From IMG/VR virus record IMGVR_UViG_3300044545_000147: 64,000 bases of DNA; one strand, written 5' to 3'. The position numbers and the translations under genes are program-made. Origin of the DNA: an uncultured virus (IMG/VR IMGVR_UViG_3300044545_000147) (Duplodnaviria > Heunggongvirae > Uroviricota > Caudoviricetes). Positions 30,398 through 41,322 of the stretch are shown here, piece by piece; position 1 is the stretch's first letter, and each line of letters opens with the position of its first letter. Under the pieces are notes generated by a model. That model searched no databases. It saw nothing but the letters and a program-made list of their open reading frames with translations, and had not been told where the DNA came from.

Positions 30398-32437
30398 ATG
30401 ATATTGGAAGGGACCATGTTTCAAGTTGCTGTTGGATTTACAGCTATTGATATGCTTACTAGGCCCATGATGCGCATGGCTGAAAGCATGGGATTTTTGA
30501 CAAAACGGGCTGAAGAAACACAAAAAAAATTAAATGAATTCCGCAACATGGCATTTATAGGAGGTGGAATTACTCTATTAGGTACTGGAATTGCAGATGG
30601 TCTTAAGCATGCAATAGATCAGGCAGGTGAACTGCAAACATCAATTATGGGAGTAAAGGAGAGCCTGGGGTTAACACAAAGTGAATTTAAAAATGCTATG
30701 AATATGGCACAGGTTATTGGTATACCTACAATATTTTCAGCTAAACAAGTTGGGGATATTATGAAATCCATGGCTACGGCAGGTCTTAGTAAAGAAAATA
30801 TTATGGACCCTCAAATTTTACGAGAATATGTAAATTTCGCAGATGTGCAGACGCAAATTAAACATGAAAATGGTCCTGATTTGATTTCTGCAGCTGTTAA
30901 TATGGCACATCAGTATCAACTCTATACTTCCGATCAAATTCATCCTTTTTTGGAGCTTTTAAATGGAGCATTGCTTCATACGCATTCAACGGCGGATGAA
31001 TTTGCTACACAATATCAATATATTGCCAATCAAGCTCGGATGATGGGGATGTCTGCGGAAGACACATTAGATACTACTGCCTGGCTATCCCGGATGGGAT
31101 TTGGCCAAGGGCGAGGTGGAACGAATTTCGCAGATTTTTTGATGCGGAGTGTCTATCATTCTTCGGGTAATAAAGCTGATGAAGCCATGAGAGAAGCTGG
31201 ATTTGTTGCTAATGGACATTCTGTTTTCGAAAATGATAATGGGCAATTTGTGGGAATTCCACAGGCTATTCAGATTATGCAGGATTTTTCAAAACGTTTT
31301 GGTGGAAATGCGGACGTGATGAGCCCATTACTGCATCAAATATTTGGTACACAAGGTGCACGTATAGCCATGATGATGACTACTCAAGGAGCATCCGAGC
31401 AATATGGAAATGTCAGAGGACAAATTTCTGGTTCGGCACCCATTAATCAAGCAAAAGCTGAACTACAAGGCACCTGGAATGATCAGAAACAACAATTTTT
31501 ATCAACATTAACTGATATAGGACAGGCATTTGGTGTAGCAGCCATGCCATCTATGCTTTCTGGGTTAAAAATTCTGAATAGTATTCTCGAAACGGTATTA
31601 AAGTTTGAGCAGGCTCATCCCATATTGATGCAATGGGTGGCTGGATTCGCTTCTTTAGCAGCGGCGGCAGCATTAGTGATTGGACCCATTTTGGTTGTAG
31701 CGGGTGTATTAGGATGGTTAAAAGCATCACAATCCATTGCTATAGGCTTAAGAATGATGAGTGCAGCATTCATCGGATTGGGAAGAGCCGCAGTATTGAG
31801 CATAAGAGGAATTACAACAGTCTTTACAGGGCTATTTTCTGTAATGAGAGTTTTTGGTGCATTTATGTTATCAAATCCAATTGCATTAGGTATTGTGGCC
31901 ATAGGAGCAATTTTATTTGCCTTTTATGAAGCTTGGATACATGACTGGGGTGGAATAAGAGAAACATTCGCTGGAGTAGCTAATTTTATATCTGATAAGC
32001 TTCATGCGATTGCTCAATTTTTCCAGCCAGTTATAGATAAAATCCATGAAGTGGGAGATGCTTTATGGGGTATCCAAAATGAATCTGTCAGTGTTGGTAA
32101 TACAGCAAATGATGCTCTACGTGCTCCTACTGCACGGGAAAGTTTCTCATGGTTTGGACATTTTGCATCCGGGACGAATTTTGCTCCTGGGGGAATGGCA
32201 ATTGTAGGAGAGAATGGCCCGGAAGCGGTCAATCTTCCGCGAGGAAGTCAAGTTATTCCAAATAATCGGATCGGAACTGGAAGCAGCAATGTGTATATTG
32301 CAGATGGGGCAATCCAAATTAATGCAGCGCCGGGCCAAAATGCGTCTGAAATTGCTGATGTAGTGCTTGCGAAATTGGGGCAAAAAATTCGAAATCAGTC
32401 ACTGTCAAGGGGATCGGTGATTGCACCAGAATGGTAA
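30398..32437 (+). CDS. Tail tape measure protein
   Basis: TP901-type core, hydrophobic region, FASGT...VGENGPE. Confidence 0.9.
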   Translation: MILEGTMFQVAVGFTAIDMLTRPMMRMAESMGFLTKRAEETQKKLNEFRNMAFIGGGITLLGTGIADGLKHAIDQAGELQTSIMGVKESLGLTQSEFKNAMNMAQVIGIPTIFSAKQVGDIMKSMATAGLSKENIMDPQILREYVNFADVQTQIKHENGPDLISAAVNMAHQYQLYTSDQIHPFLELLNGALLHTHSTADEFATQYQYIANQARMMGMSAEDTLDTTAWLSRMGFGQGRGGTNFADFLMRSVYHSSGNKADEAMREAGFVANGHSVFENDNGQFVGIPQAIQIMQDFSKRFGGNADVMSPLLHQIFGTQGARIAMMMTTQGASEQYGNVRGQISGSAPINQAKAELQGTWNDQKQQFLSTLTDIGQAFGVAAMPSMLSGLKILNSILETVLKFEQAHPILMQWVAGFASLAAAAALVIGPILVVAGVLGWLKASQSIAIGLRMMSAAFIGLGRAAVLSIRGITTVFTGLFSVMRVFGAFMLSNPIALGIVAIGAILFAFYEAWIHDWGGIRETFAGVANFISDKLHAIAQFFQPVIDKIHEVGDALWGIQNESVSVGNTANDALRAPTARESFSWFGHFASGTNFAPGGMAIVGENGPEAVNLPRGSQVIPNNRIGTGSSNVYIADGAIQINAAPGQNASEIADVVLAKLGQKIRNQSLSRGSVIAPEW

Positions 32438-32452
32438 AAGTGAGGAGGTATT

Positions 32453-33268
32453 ATGAGCTTTTTCGGTTCATCGCTTTTGATTGCTGCCATTAAAACATAT
32501 TTACCTGGCATCCTCACAAACCAGGATGTGACACAGACGGTATTAAGCATTTCGGATACCACATCATCCGGAGTGGCATTTACTTTAAATGATTTACCTG
32601 AAAAAGTGAGTCAGGGCGTGGAGCAACAAATTGCTATCCATAAATATGTAGGTGGCGGACTTGATGTTCAGCTTCTTGGCGCTTTTGAAAAACCTATTAC
32701 ATGGTCTGCCAATTTTCTGTATAGCGATAACAGCGGAAACAGTGCCATTCAACGGGCTAAAACATTGGAAGCCATGTGCGTGCAGGGAAATACGGAAACA
32801 ATTCGTATTGGGAAATATTCAACGAATGTAGTTATTAAAGAGTTTTCCTATGATTACATAAATGATTATTATGTCCCCTACAGCATTAATTTGCAGCCTA
32901 CGGGGCAGTTGGCTATACAATCAGCTACTTCTGCATTGGCAACTTCTTCCAGTGCTTCGTCTTCTACAACTACGACTTCAAACAGTACTACGACGAACAT
33001 TACTGCAGCGGCCGCTGCAACGACACTTGAAGATATTTTGGTAGCTAAAGGAACCAGTAATTCAGCACTGGCCCAAACAGCCATAGCTGCTGTTGCTTCT
33101 ACGCAGATTACGCACTTGGTTCAGTCAAATGAAACATTGTACTCAATCGCAAAGAACTATTATGGAGATTCTACTTTATGGACGACTATCGCGGATGCCA
33201 ACAGTATTACTAATCCGTTGTCAGTTACTACAGGGCAGAAACTTATTATACCGGGGCAGACATCATAA
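32453..33268 (+). CDS. Tail tube initiator with C-terminal LysM
   Basis: ETLYSIAKNYYGD..W..IADAN; Ser/Thr-rich linker. Confidence 0.8.
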   Translation: MSFFGSSLLIAAIKTYLPGILTNQDVTQTVLSISDTTSSGVAFTLNDLPEKVSQGVEQQIAIHKYVGGGLDVQLLGAFEKPITWSANFLYSDNSGNSAIQRAKTLEAMCVQGNTETIRIGKYSTNVVIKEFSYDYINDYYVPYSINLQPTGQLAIQSATSALATSSSASSSTTTTSNSTTTNITAAAAATTLEDILVAKGTSNSALAQTAIAAVASTQITHLVQSNETLYSIAKNYYGDSTLWTTIADANSITNPLSVTTGQKLIIPGQTS

Positions 33269-34477
33269 ATGTATAAGAATACAAAGACAACGATCAGAAA
33301 AAGAAACAATATACAATCGGTCCGCGCTATAGCTATTGTGAATGGATATCAGGTCGTTTTTAGTAACTTTTCGGTGGAAATGAATGGATTTGCTGCCGCT
33401 AATTCTTTCGACCTAGAAATGCCATTTTTTGTACGTGATACACAGAATGGAGAGTATGTCCTGGCGAATGGACCCAACTTTGATACTTTGCTGCTGGAGC
33501 AGGACAATATTGAAGTTGATTTGTATGTAGGGATACCCAAAAACTTACAGCAGTTTTCTAAAAGTGATTTGACATTGCTCATCTCTGGCTATGTGGATAC
33601 AGTGGATTGGGATTTTGATCTTTCGGGGGAGAAAGTGACTCTTCACGGTCGGAATATTGTCGGTAAAATGATTGACTATAAACTGTCAGATAAGTATCCA
33701 AATATGACATCATCTGCAATAGCTAAGATGTTTGCTTCGGAAATTGGATTGACTCCAGTAGTCACAGATACTTCTACACTGGCGGGGACATGGTATCAGC
33801 AGAATAGCGCTGTTATTGGAACAGATACTACAGTTTGGGATTTGCTTTTATTTCTGGCCAAGCAGGAGAATTTCATATGCCGTGTGACGGTAGATGATAA
33901 ACTGCTGTTTGGACCTTATGAAGATGTTACTGATTACGATAAAGTGGATCCCATTCCTTATACCTATGGATACGATATTAAAACTTTGCATATAGAACGT
34001 AGTCCTCACGCAGTAAAAAATATTGTAGTCAAAGTTATTTCGTATAGCAGGAAATACAATAAGAAAGGGACAAAATTTACCAATCATCATATTGAAGAGA
34101 CTGCGAAATCAACCACGCAGCGCCAAGAACGAATTGCAGGGCAGTATGGGAGGACTTCAACTTATACAGAAATTTATACGATACCGGGACTTACCAGAGA
34201 CCAGGCCCAAGCAAAAGCGCAGGCTATTCTGAAAGAGCTATCTTCTTCTGAGATAATTGGAAATATTTCAACTGCGGGAAATACTGATTTAACAGTCGAT
34301 CAGAAAATTCAATTATATGGGGTAGGTCAGAGGCTGAGCCAGACTTATTATGTGAATAAGGTGACACATCGATTTTCTTTTCAAGATGGATATACATGTG
34401 ATATGTCGATCAGCAATCAATATTTGGTCAATGAAACAGAAAATACCAATACTACCACAACGGAGGTAAGCTCATGA
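33269..34477 (+). CDS. Baseplate hub (GpD/Mu gpP-like)
   Basis: Position; YYVNKVTHRFS..GY.C. Confidence 0.8.
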   Translation: MYKNTKTTIRKRNNIQSVRAIAIVNGYQVVFSNFSVEMNGFAAANSFDLEMPFFVRDTQNGEYVLANGPNFDTLLLEQDNIEVDLYVGIPKNLQQFSKSDLTLLISGYVDTVDWDFDLSGEKVTLHGRNIVGKMIDYKLSDKYPNMTSSAIAKMFASEIGLTPVVTDTSTLAGTWYQQNSAVIGTDTTVWDLLLFLAKQENFICRVTVDDKLLFGPYEDVTDYDKVDPIPYTYGYDIKTLHIERSPHAVKNIVVKVISYSRKYNKKGTKFTNHHIEETAKSTTQRQERIAGQYGRTSTYTEIYTIPGLTRDQAQAKAQAILKELSSSEIIGNISTAGNTDLTVDQKIQLYGVGQRLSQTYYVNKVTHRFSFQDGYTCDMSISNQYLVNETENTNTTTTEVSS

Positions 34478-35004
34478 ACAATGCTAAAAGAGGCACGGGA
34501 TTTCTGTCATTGCTGCAGCAGCATGCCAATGATCAGGCCAGTGGATTTAAATTGGCTTCCACCGGGTATGTGACCAGTTTTAATGGTTCCTCGTGCAAAG
34601 TCATGCTAGAGCCTTCTGGAATCGAAACTGGCTGGCTTCCTATCTGTATGCCTTACGTAGGAAACGGCTTTGGGTTTATATTCGATATTGAAGAGAATAC
34701 AGAATGCACTGTAGTATTTGAAAATGGAAATTCAGATGATGGTAAAATTGTTGCCTTTCATTATGAAGATGATATTCCACCTTCCATTACACCCGGAAGT
34801 GGATCCGCTTTGTTCCAGCATAAAAGCGGATCTTCTATTTTATTCAACAAAGATGGTTCTATTGCAATTAATGCACCGGGTGGCATTTCTATAAAGGGGA
34901 CTGTTACATCAACAGGGGATATGACCGCCGGAAATATATCCCTTGAAAAGCATGTCCACGGAGGTGTAGAGAGCGGATCCTCGAATACTTCTGGCCCACA
35001 GTGA
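34474..35004 (+). CDS. Baseplate spike (gpV-like)
   Basis: ETGWLP, ISLEKHVHGGV. Confidence 0.88.
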   Translation: MNNAKRGTGFLSLLQQHANDQASGFKLASTGYVTSFNGSSCKVMLEPSGIETGWLPICMPYVGNGFGFIFDIEENTECTVVFENGNSDDGKIVAFHYEDDIPPSITPGSGSALFQHKSGSSILFNKDGSIAINAPGGISIKGTVTSTGDMTAGNISLEKHVHGGVESGSSNTSGPQ

Positions 35005-35024
35005 TAAGGAGGTGTGTAGAAGAT

Positions 35025-35423
35025 ATGGCAACTTATGGAGATCCACTCATTGGTGTCGATTTAAAACTGGATTCTGATCTGCAGGCGGATACAAAGGGCG
35101 ATCTCATGCTGGTTGGTCAATCTAATAGTGCGGATAATGTATGGCAGGCGGTTTGGCTTCGCATTATTACTACTCTGGGGACATATTTGTTTGCAGATAA
35201 TTATGGCACGCAGGCCCGGGAAATGGTAGATGAACCGATTACCGCATCTATGCTGTCAACTTTGAAATCACAAATACGGGATACTATTTCTTCGGATCCA
35301 CGGGTAGCATCTCTTACTAAACTGACGGTAGAACAGGATACAGATACTCTTTCACATATTAAGGTGGGATTTGGCATCATTACCATCAACAATCAAAGTA
35401 TTTATAATTCTGGGACGCTCTGA
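35025..35423 (+). CDS. Baseplate wedge gp25/GpW-like
   Basis: QAV.LRI.T..G...YG, DPRV. Confidence 0.8.
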   Translation: MATYGDPLIGVDLKLDSDLQADTKGDLMLVGQSNSADNVWQAVWLRIITTLGTYLFADNYGTQAREMVDEPITASMLSTLKSQIRDTISSDPRVASLTKLTVEQDTDTLSHIKVGFGIITINNQSIYNSGTL

Positions 35424-35434
35424 AAGGAGGACGC

Positions 35435-36556
35435 ATGGCTTCATATACAAGTCAATTCAATACATTAAGAAATTATATTATTGGATATCTTCAAAATACC
35501 AGTAGTTGGTCAGATGGGATTCCCAAACTGACGGACTTTAATGAAGGGTCCGTCATTTATACCATTTGTTCTGCTGTGGCTGTTGCAGCAGATGCCCTTG
35601 GAATGTCTATCTATATGTGCCGGTTGGCGGCTTATCTTTCGACGGCCATTGGAGAAGATTTGGATAATAAATGTGCTGATTATGGAATTACACGAAAAGC
35701 AGCTTCGTCGGCAGAAGGAAGCTTTATCTTCACAAAAAATGCGGCTTCATCAAGTGATATTACGATTCCATCAGCATCTAAAATTTCCACACTGCCGACA
35801 GGGTCCAGCGATATTGTTTCTTATACCGTTGATGAAGATACCGTGCTTCCAGCAGGAAGTACCTCAATATCCGTAGCATGTACATGTACAGAAACGGGAT
35901 CTGCAGGGAACTTGGCAGCCAACACAGCACTTCTTCTTTCATCTGCCATTGCGGGTATAGATGGTGTGGAAATTGATACCGCTATCACAAATGGATCCGA
36001 TGAAGAGACAGATGACTCATTGCGGGAAAGAGGATTAGCGGCTTTTCAATCTTTGGCACATGGAACGGCAGCTTATTATGAGTCAGTGGTTTTGACCATA
36101 TCAGGAATATCTTCTGCTTCTGTAAAGGCACAGAACAGGGGACCGGGTACACTGGATATTTTCATCACAGGCGCCGACAATTCTATACCATCTGATAGTA
36201 TTGTGGAAGAGGCCCAGACGGAGATTGATGCGGTTAAGGTCTTGACGGATGATGTAAAGGTGCTGACACCAACACTTTTGACTGTTAATATATCCATTAC
36301 CATTTACGCTGAATCCGGATATACCTTATCGAATCTGGAAACTTCTGTGCAGACGGCCATTGAAACTTATATTAATGGATTGGGTCTGGGAGGAGGAAGT
36401 GTAGGGTATGTGTATGCATCTCAAATAGTAGCAGCAGCTATTGGAGTAACAGGTGTTGCTAATGCTTCAACTACATTTACAGACATGGAAGTTTCATCTT
36501 CAGAAATTCCTTCTGCAGGTACTATTACAGTAACTGGAGGAGTAACATCATCATGA
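35435..36556 (+). CDS. Baseplate J-like protein
   Basis: TDFNEGS, LD....YGITRK, NGSDEETDDSLRER. Confidence 0.9.
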   Translation: MASYTSQFNTLRNYIIGYLQNTSSWSDGIPKLTDFNEGSVIYTICSAVAVAADALGMSIYMCRLAAYLSTAIGEDLDNKCADYGITRKAASSAEGSFIFTKNAASSSDITIPSASKISTLPTGSSDIVSYTVDEDTVLPAGSTSISVACTCTETGSAGNLAANTALLLSSAIAGIDGVEIDTAITNGSDEETDDSLRERGLAAFQSLAHGTAAYYESVVLTISGISSASVKAQNRGPGTLDIFITGADNSIPSDSIVEEAQTEIDAVKVLTDDVKVLTPTLLTVNISITIYAESGYTLSNLETSVQTAIETYINGLGLGGGSVGYVYASQIVAAAIGVTGVANASTTFTDMEVSSSEIPSAGTITVTGGVTSS

Positions 36557-37437
36557 ATACGACACAAGTTGTTAATTTTAGTCTGATTCGCGGGCAGTCG
36601 AAAGAGATCACTCCAGAAGCTTTTCTACAGGATGAAACAACAGAAGTCAGTCTTGATGGATATACAAAAATCCTTACTATTTCAGAGGATGAATATGGAC
36701 AGAAGATAGCAGCGACATTTACGACAACTTCAGATTTCAATCTCTCCGAAGCAGATACCGGATCGTTGAGCAATAGCTCCTATTATTATGATATTTCCGT
36801 TAGTGATGGGACTATCACGTGGGTCATTGTTCAAGGGATTCTGACAGTCTTGGATGATTATGCAGATTTTTTAAAAAAATTATTCCCTGATTCCCATCCT
36901 GTCACAGAAGAAATATATGGGACTGTTCTAGATGCTTTCGGGTATGTACTGGATTTATTGAACCCTTATCAAATAGGCTTAAATTTGGAATTCTCTGTGA
37001 CTACTGCAACCGGGACAGCGTTGGATTCGCAAGGGGCGGATTGGGGAGTTTACCGTCGGTCTGGTGAAACGGATAATGCCTATCGGGCAAGGATATTGGG
37101 GATATTGCCAATCTATGCTAATGGAGCATCTATATCAGGGATGAAAGCATCCATTGATAATTTTATTGGAGCAGAACCAACAATATATGATTTATGTACT
37201 GACGGATATTCTCCCGGGGACAGTGCCCCTGCTGATAATGCCTTGAGTGATATGGATGGTTTATTCACGGTATTGATTTATATCAATAATCCATATGGAA
37301 CCAGCTATAGCCATTATGATTTGGAATATCTACTGAAACAGAGCAAACCAGCTCGGTCAAAAATTATTTTGCATCATAATGGTACAGATACTTCACCACT
37401 TGATGAATCCTCCGATGCTGTTCTTACACTGGTTTGA
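36553..37437 (+). CDS. Baseplate wedge (gpI-like) with extra N-terminal domain
   Basis: TATGTALD..G..WGVYR..ETDNAYRARI. Confidence 0.7.
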   Translation: MNTTQVVNFSLIRGQSKEITPEAFLQDETTEVSLDGYTKILTISEDEYGQKIAATFTTTSDFNLSEADTGSLSNSSYYYDISVSDGTITWVIVQGILTVLDDYADFLKKLFPDSHPVTEEIYGTVLDAFGYVLDLLNPYQIGLNLEFSVTTATGTALDSQGADWGVYRRSGETDNAYRARILGILPIYANGASISGMKASIDNFIGAEPTIYDLCTDGYSPGDSAPADNALSDMDGLFTVLIYINNPYGTSYSHYDLEYLLKQSKPARSKIILHHNGTDTSPLDESSDAVLTLV

Positions 37438-37456
37438 AGAAAGGAAGTTTGGTTTT

Positions 37457-38596
37457 ATGGGATACATTTCATCCTTATGGTTTGATCATATAAAATATGG
37501 AAAAACAGCATTCAAAGCGCTCGCTTCTGATTTTATTGGAACGGGCGTTTTAAATTTAACGGATTTTGCCTATACACTTCCGGCTACTCCCAATATGACG
37601 ATAAATATTACAGGATCTGGGACTGCTTGGAGTTTGGGGCAACGGACCTATTATGACGGGGCATCCGCTATTACATTGACTTTCGCAGCAGCCAATGCAT
37701 CCAATCCGAGAATTGATTTGGTAGAAGTTGGTCCAATAGATACTAACAGTGTAGTAATTGCGTCTGGATTGAATCAAAACCTAGGTCAAATTGTCATTAA
37801 AGAAGGGACGCCCGCAGCGTCCCCTGTACAACCGACCGCAGATTCAGGATATGTTCCACTTTATGCGGTGAAAGTTCCTGCCAATGCGACGTCAATTACG
37901 GTATCGGATATTACTGATTTAAGAGCTTTATGTTCATGGTATGGGGCTAATCTGGCTGCATTTATGGCACATCTGACGAACTATAGCAATCCACATAAAG
38001 TAACGGCTTTACAGCTTGGAATTGATTTCATTTGGACGTCCAATACATCAGTAAATGTAGGGAAAACGATATATGGGCAAGGACTTTCAGGAAATGTGGC
38101 CGTATGCACAGTAGCAGGAACTACAGGCAGTACCATTCCTACATGGCCTGCCGATGGGAATACTGTTACAGATAATACAGCTCAATGGATTGTTCGCTCC
38201 ATTCCATCAGCAGTCCAGGTATTCACGGGAGCTACTTCATCCTCTGCCGGGGCAAAAGGACTCGTTCCTGCTCCTGCAGCTGCGCAGCAGGGATATGTGT
38301 TATATGGAAACGGAGGATGGGCAGCACTTCCACAGACCACATTATCAGCAGGGACCAATGGATACTGGAAAGATCCTGTCAGCGGTATGATCCAACAATG
38401 GGGGAGTGCGTCAACCAGTTCTCCTTATACATTCCCTATAGCTTTCCCTAATAATTGTTTGAATGTGTTTTTTATTCCACAACTTAATGATACCGATCAG
38501 TTGATCCACCATGATTTTTATATAACTGCTTTATCTAAAACCAGTTTTACAACCGGGACGGGTTTAGCGGGAAATTATTTCGCAATAGGGAACTGA
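37457..38596 (+). CDS. Tail fiber protein
   Basis: NPRIDLV, NPHKVT, GLVPAP, MIQQWG..FPIAFPN. Confidence 0.8.
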   Translation: MGYISSLWFDHIKYGKTAFKALASDFIGTGVLNLTDFAYTLPATPNMTINITGSGTAWSLGQRTYYDGASAITLTFAAANASNPRIDLVEVGPIDTNSVVIASGLNQNLGQIVIKEGTPAASPVQPTADSGYVPLYAVKVPANATSITVSDITDLRALCSWYGANLAAFMAHLTNYSNPHKVTALQLGIDFIWTSNTSVNVGKTIYGQGLSGNVAVCTVAGTTGSTIPTWPADGNTVTDNTAQWIVRSIPSAVQVFTGATSSSAGAKGLVPAPAAAQQGYVLYGNGGWAALPQTTLSAGTNGYWKDPVSGMIQQWGSASTSSPYTFPIAFPNNCLNVFFIPQLNDTDQLIHHDFYITALSKTSFTTGTGLAGNYFAIGN

Positions 38597-38601
38597 TTGT
38601 T

Positions 38602-38931
38602 ATGTATACGATTTCTTCTTCGACAGTCCAGAATATCGGCATGCCGCGTGGATCTACTTTCCCATTTATTCCTATGCTTCTTGATGCCACCGCAGCAACG
38701 CCAATTATAGATACATCTGTCTCTTATATACTTAAAATTTATTCAGACGCTGCAATGTCAGATCAAATATTAACCAAACAGAGTGATGAATATCAGATGA
38801 TCACGCTTGAGGTATCTGATACAGAGAATTGGGATCTTCAAAATTATTATTATACAATCACCGCTACAGATAGTGATGGGAATTCCTTCATTATTCTGAA
38901 GGGAACTTTATCTATTGTATGGAGGTTATAG
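38602..38931 (+). CDS. BppU-like baseplate/fiber accessory protein
   Basis: RG.TF, YYY.I, similar to 40711-41037. Confidence 0.5.
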   Translation: MYTISSSTVQNIGMPRGSTFPFIPMLLDATAATPIIDTSVSYILKIYSDAAMSDQILTKQSDEYQMITLEVSDTENWDLQNYYYTITATDSDGNSFIILKGTLSIVWRL

Positions 38932-40692
38932 ATGTCACAGCAAATAGTAAAAGGATATTTAACAGGCGGGGGAATTTTGACAATTCCCCCGGACCGATTG
39001 AATGTGCAGACAATTACAGACGCCATCGATTTCAATAATTTCTACACTATGGGCCAATATTATATCGCTGATGGGACACTAAACACTCCCGATGGCGGTA
39101 CCGGAGTATATTTTTTGAATGTTAAATCTGATGTCAGCATGACAGCAGTATGGCAGTCCGTTCTGGTAGTCTCCACATGGAGTATGTATTTTCGTGTTGG
39201 TGTTCCAGAGATCGCCGATTCTTCTATTGTAGGCGTGTCATCATGGGGTACCTGGGGAAACATATCCAATGTAGTAAATTCAGCATTAAGCAGCCATGTA
39301 AATAATACAAGTAATCCGCATAATGTGACGGCGGCTCAATTAGGACTATCCGCCGCAATCAAAATCAAAGGATCTGTCAATAGCTATGCAAATCTTCCTA
39401 CCAATGCATCAGAAGGAGATATGTATCAGGTTGAGACAGCGGATACGGCAAAGGGGATTGATGCAGGAGACTGTGTTGTATGGAATGGATCATCCTGGGA
39501 AAACTTCGGTGGATGGGTAGATTGTATATCAGCTATTACGGAATCCGGTGGTACAATCACCATCACTAAAACGGATAATACAACAACGACCATTGGACAA
39601 TTTGCTAAAACTGGATCTTCTAATACATTTTCAGGGACAAATACATTTTCTGGCGCTACTACTTTTTCTAAAACGATCACAGGAAATATATCGGGGAGCG
39701 CAACTACCGTCCAAAATATAGTATCGGTAGCTCGGTCTACCGCGTATAGCTTAAATCAGATTGCCTATATCAGCAGTATTCCATCATGGGGATATTTGGA
39801 ATGTACAACAGCGGGAACTACTGCTTCAACGGCTCCTACCTGGCCGACGACAGCCAATTCTACTGTAACAGATGGGACAGCAGTATGGACATTGCGGGAC
39901 ATCCGACAATCTCAATTTGATATATCAGGGAATAAATTATTGTCTTACGTAAAGGCAATATCTGTATCAGGGAATACATTAACATTGAAAGATGCGGCGG
40001 GAAATACTATAGGTACTTATACGCCATCTTCATCCTCCATAGTATCAGCGGGTTTATTTATGAATCGTGTGATCACTGTGACAGGCAATGCGGCGCTCAC
40101 AATAGCAACTTCAAATAATCCATTTACTGGCAGCGGGAACGTTTCTTTAACGGTATCAGCATCAAATACTGGAGCTAATGGGATTGATACAGGGAGCCTT
40201 TTGGCTTCCACATGGTATTATGTTTATCTCTGTTATGGAAATAGTGGAACATGTGGTCTGATTTCTTCTTCCTCTTCTACACCGACATTGCCTTCAGGTT
40301 ATAGTAATTATGTCAGGATGGGTGCGGTTCTTACCAATTCATCAGGTTATTTATATAGGACCATTCAGCAAGGAAATTATGCTCAATTTGTGCTTGATGG
40401 GACATTGCTTACGGCTTATCCAACCATATCCAGCGGTACCACATCATCTACGATGAGTTTCAGCACTTATGCACCCTCGACAGCAGCACGTGTAAATCTT
40501 TATATAGACAATGAATCCGGTGGCGGCATTTCTATTTATTCATATGGCGTGGGCGGACGTATTAATTATGTGAATCCTGCAAGTTTTGAAATAGGTTATC
40601 CTGTATGGATGCAAACAGGGGTTACTTATACCTATCAAGGAAGTGTTTCCTCTGATCATGTATTGATCATTGGATGGGAAGATAATTTATGA
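38932..40692 (+). CDS. Tail fiber / receptor-binding protein
   Basis: Ser/Thr/Gly-rich, NPHNVT, CTTAGTT..PTWP, TWYYVYL. Confidence 0.78.
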   Translation: MSQQIVKGYLTGGGILTIPPDRLNVQTITDAIDFNNFYTMGQYYIADGTLNTPDGGTGVYFLNVKSDVSMTAVWQSVLVVSTWSMYFRVGVPEIADSSIVGVSSWGTWGNISNVVNSALSSHVNNTSNPHNVTAAQLGLSAAIKIKGSVNSYANLPTNASEGDMYQVETADTAKGIDAGDCVVWNGSSWENFGGWVDCISAITESGGTITITKTDNTTTTIGQFAKTGSSNTFSGTNTFSGATTFSKTITGNISGSATTVQNIVSVARSTAYSLNQIAYISSIPSWGYLECTTAGTTASTAPTWPTTANSTVTDGTAVWTLRDIRQSQFDISGNKLLSYVKAISVSGNTLTLKDAAGNTIGTYTPSSSSIVSAGLFMNRVITVTGNAALTIATSNNPFTGSGNVSLTVSASNTGANGIDTGSLLASTWYYVYLCYGNSGTCGLISSSSSTPTLPSGYSNYVRMGAVLTNSSGYLYRTIQQGNYAQFVLDGTLLTAYPTISSGTTSSTMSFSTYAPSTAARVNLYIDNESGGGISIYSYGVGGRINYVNPASFEIGYPVWMQTGVTYTYQGSVSSDHVLIIGWEDNL

Positions 40693-40710
40693 TTTTTCAG
40701 GAGGGAAACC

Positions 40711-41037
40711 ATGTTCAAAACTATCAATAATAGAATCTATTTGACACGTGGTGATAGTGCCATCCTGAATCTATCCATTACAGATAAAGATGGAAATGCC
40801 TATATATTAAGCAGTGGGGATACAGTGGTTTTGACTGTGAAAACTGATACGGTAACCACAGCTTATGTAATACAGAAAACACTTATTAATGGGCAGTTCT
40901 CCATATTGCCATCTGATACGGAGGCATTATCCTATGGTGATTATATTTATGATGTGCAGCTTGTCATGAATGACGGAACAACGGATACTATTATACCGCC
41001 ATCATTATTTCATCTGGATCCGGAGGTGACTTTTTAA
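40711..41037 (+). CDS. BppU-like accessory protein
   Basis: LTRGDSA, Y.YDVQL, PEVT. Confidence 0.6.
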   Translation: MFKTINNRIYLTRGDSAILNLSITDKDGNAYILSSGDTVVLTVKTDTVTTAYVIQKTLINGQFSILPSDTEALSYGDYIYDVQLVMNDGTTDTIIPPSLFHLDPEVTF

Positions 41038-41040
41038 ATA

Positions 41041-41322
41041 ATGGGAAATTTAATAGGTCAAGTATCTGGAAGCAGTGCTGTATCGGGGACAGTAAGTGGA
41101 GAAAATTCATTATCTGGACAATTATCGGCCGGAATAAAGGACATAACGGAAGTGATCCAATATGATACGATTTATGATTTGCCTAACAGAGGAGCATCCA
41201 CGACATTATATATGATTCAGTCAGAAAATGCTTGTTATCGTTGGGATGAAAGCGGCAGCAAATATTTTTGTATAGGACGGGATTATCAGGAAATTGAAAA
41301 TATTTTAGGAGGAACATTATGA
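41041..41322 (+). CDS. Tail-associated hypothetical protein
   Basis: LP..G...LY...YRWD motif. Confidence 0.55.
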   Translation: MGNLIGQVSGSSAVSGTVSGENSLSGQLSAGIKDITEVIQYDTIYDLPNRGASTTLYMIQSENACYRWDESGSKYFCIGRDYQEIENILGGTL